From the human T2T-CHM13v2.0 reference genome, Homo sapiens: a stretch of 64,000 nucleotides of DNA. A model generated the notes under the pieces. It ran no database searches. It saw only the letters and a program-made list of their open reading frames with translations, and was not told the origin of the DNA. The DNA lies in assembly GCF_009914755.1 (NCBI RefSeq), contig NC_060930.1; one strand, 5' to 3'. The translations under genes were made by a program, and so were the position numbers. This document shows, one piece after another, positions 62,128 to 64,000 of the stretch (positions within the stretch are counted from its first letter, which is position 1; every line of letters begins with the position of its first letter).

Positions 62128-63672
62128 AAAATTTTTCGATGAATTAGTGGCTATATTTTTGACAGCATACCTCAGTTACAATCTACTCCAGATTGTATCC
62201 TTCTGAAACTATTATTTTAAATACAGTTTGAAGTACTGCTTTTATTATTTTTCTATTAAATTATCTTCATAAATTACTGAACATATAATTGTATAAAGAT
62301 GACTTCCAGTTTTGTCTTAGAAAATTATGCAGAAAAATCTATCTTACACATAAAAAGAAATAAATTTTAACTTACAATGTGAATTTTTAATGATAATTTA
62401 AGAAGCTTTTTAATGAGCTTCAACACAAGGAACAATAATTAACTAGCTCTGTTTTGAAAAAAAGATTTTTTTATCTCTTTTGGATTTTAATGTTTTCTGC
62501 AAATAACACTTTCTCCAGATGTCCAATATCCTATCTATTCTGTAAAGTTTTCTTTTTGTATATTTTGTTCAAACTCATCTGTACACAAACGTACATTTTA
62601 ACTACATTTCAGGGAGATGGCCCTTTGTGTGGACAATATCATATTGTTGGACCACAGCTATGAATATGCTTCTGAGGATATTGCCAATTTCTTTTGCTAA
62701 GCATTACCTTGGTCTTAGTAATTGTTCTACTTATGCAGGATAAAAAGTGAAAATGCCAAGTCAACTGTACGATTAAATGTGCTCAAGAGACAGACATTCA
62801 GATATCTAAATGTTAACTTTATTAGAAATAGATTTTAGTAGTAATAATTAGTGATCACACTCCATATGCATGATAAAATTGATGAAAAAAAGTTAGGTAA
62901 ATGTGAAATCTGCATATCTACGAAATAGTTTAAAATTTATACAAGACAATTAACTTCTATTCATCCTTCTGATAATAGCTCAAATAAAGCTTTCCCTGAG
63001 AAGCCTAGCCTGAATCCCTTTACTGAATTTAGTGACCCAGTTATTAGCTCTGCCTTTTCTCGTTGTAATCCTTGTAACAAGTTTTTAAAATGGATAATCT
63101 TGATAGATTATAAATCAAATATATCGACATCCTTCTCCAACCATTGCCTTCAACCAACAACTCAAAGGTTTTCTTTATTTTAAGCTTTTTGATATTAAAT
63201 TCTAATCTGACCTAAAATCATTTGTTGGTGAAAACTTATTTGATCACCTTTGAACTACTGAGAGTTTTATTCTCCAAATACACTGAGGATATATAACGGG
63301 AATATGTATTTTATCATGAGTTCTATCCCAAACTCTGTGAGTGTTTCTCAGCATATGATCTGTTATAAATTCCAATCTCAGGAGTTTCATGTAACAAATT
63401 TTGGGCTTGAACAGCACATATATGTGAAAACATTATGCTCTTTATTTTTAAATTTGTTTAAAAATTACATATCATCTGATTTTGTTACTAAAAGTATGAT
63501 ACCTCATCTTAAAAAGCCAGGTTCTTTACATTCCATCAATTAAATTGGAAATAACTTCCATCAAGTGGTAAGCTTGGCAGAGGCCAGGGACAATTTTTTA
63601 TTCTTCATTGTCTCTATGAACATTGTCCAGTATTTGGCACAAAGTAACTGTCCGCAGTATGACTAAATTAAC

Positions 63673-63817
63673 AAAAAGAAGGAAGGAAAGAAGGAAGCAA
63701 AGAGGGAAGGAAGGAAGCAAGGAGGAAAGAAGGAAGGGGAGAAGGAAGGAAGGAAAGAAGAAAGGAAAGAAGGAAGGAAGGAAAAAAGGGAGGGAGGGAA
63801 GGAGGGAGAGGGAGGAA
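63673..63817. repeat. Degenerate (GGAA/GGGA)n polypurine tract
   Basis: Read directly. Confidence 0.92.
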
Positions 63818-64000
63818 TGGTAAACAGATTTGACTCAATTTAATACCTGAACTTTAGAATATGACTATATAATATACATATTAATATTACATATGAATAT
63901 TACATTCATATATATTCACATTGTACAAAAATTTAGACATTGTATATTATATATATAATATGTGTGTATGTACACTGCAGCATTATTGTATCTAGAAAAG

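Overview
AT-rich primate (hominoid, probably human or great ape) non-coding DNA made mostly of interspersed repeats. I recognised no host protein-coding exon or RNA gene. Every ORF in the supplied track is a LINE-1 ORF2 remnant, a MaLR internal remnant or a spurious frame in repeats and low-complexity DNA. Main contents: two L1PA3-type insertions with 5' inversions (twin priming) about 10 kb apart, an L1PA5-7 copy nested in MER47A, a complete THE1D provirus with TSDs, a near full-length old L1PA15-17 carrying nested AluJ and L1PA13 pieces, a CpG-rich LTR12 (ERV9) promoter, several Alus, MaLR solo LTRs, Tigger/MER DNA transposons, L2/L1M remnants and microsatellites. I found no new multi-gene system. 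The most unusual signal is that the two independently inserted L1PA3 copies share non-consensus bases and a 242-bp perfectly identical tract, suggesting ectopic gene conversion or a common source element. There are also several template-switch or fold-back scars, including a 37-bp near-perfect inverted repeat at 59054-59141. Subfamily names come from remembered consensus sequences and need RepeatMasker/Dfam confirmation. Counts were made by hand.
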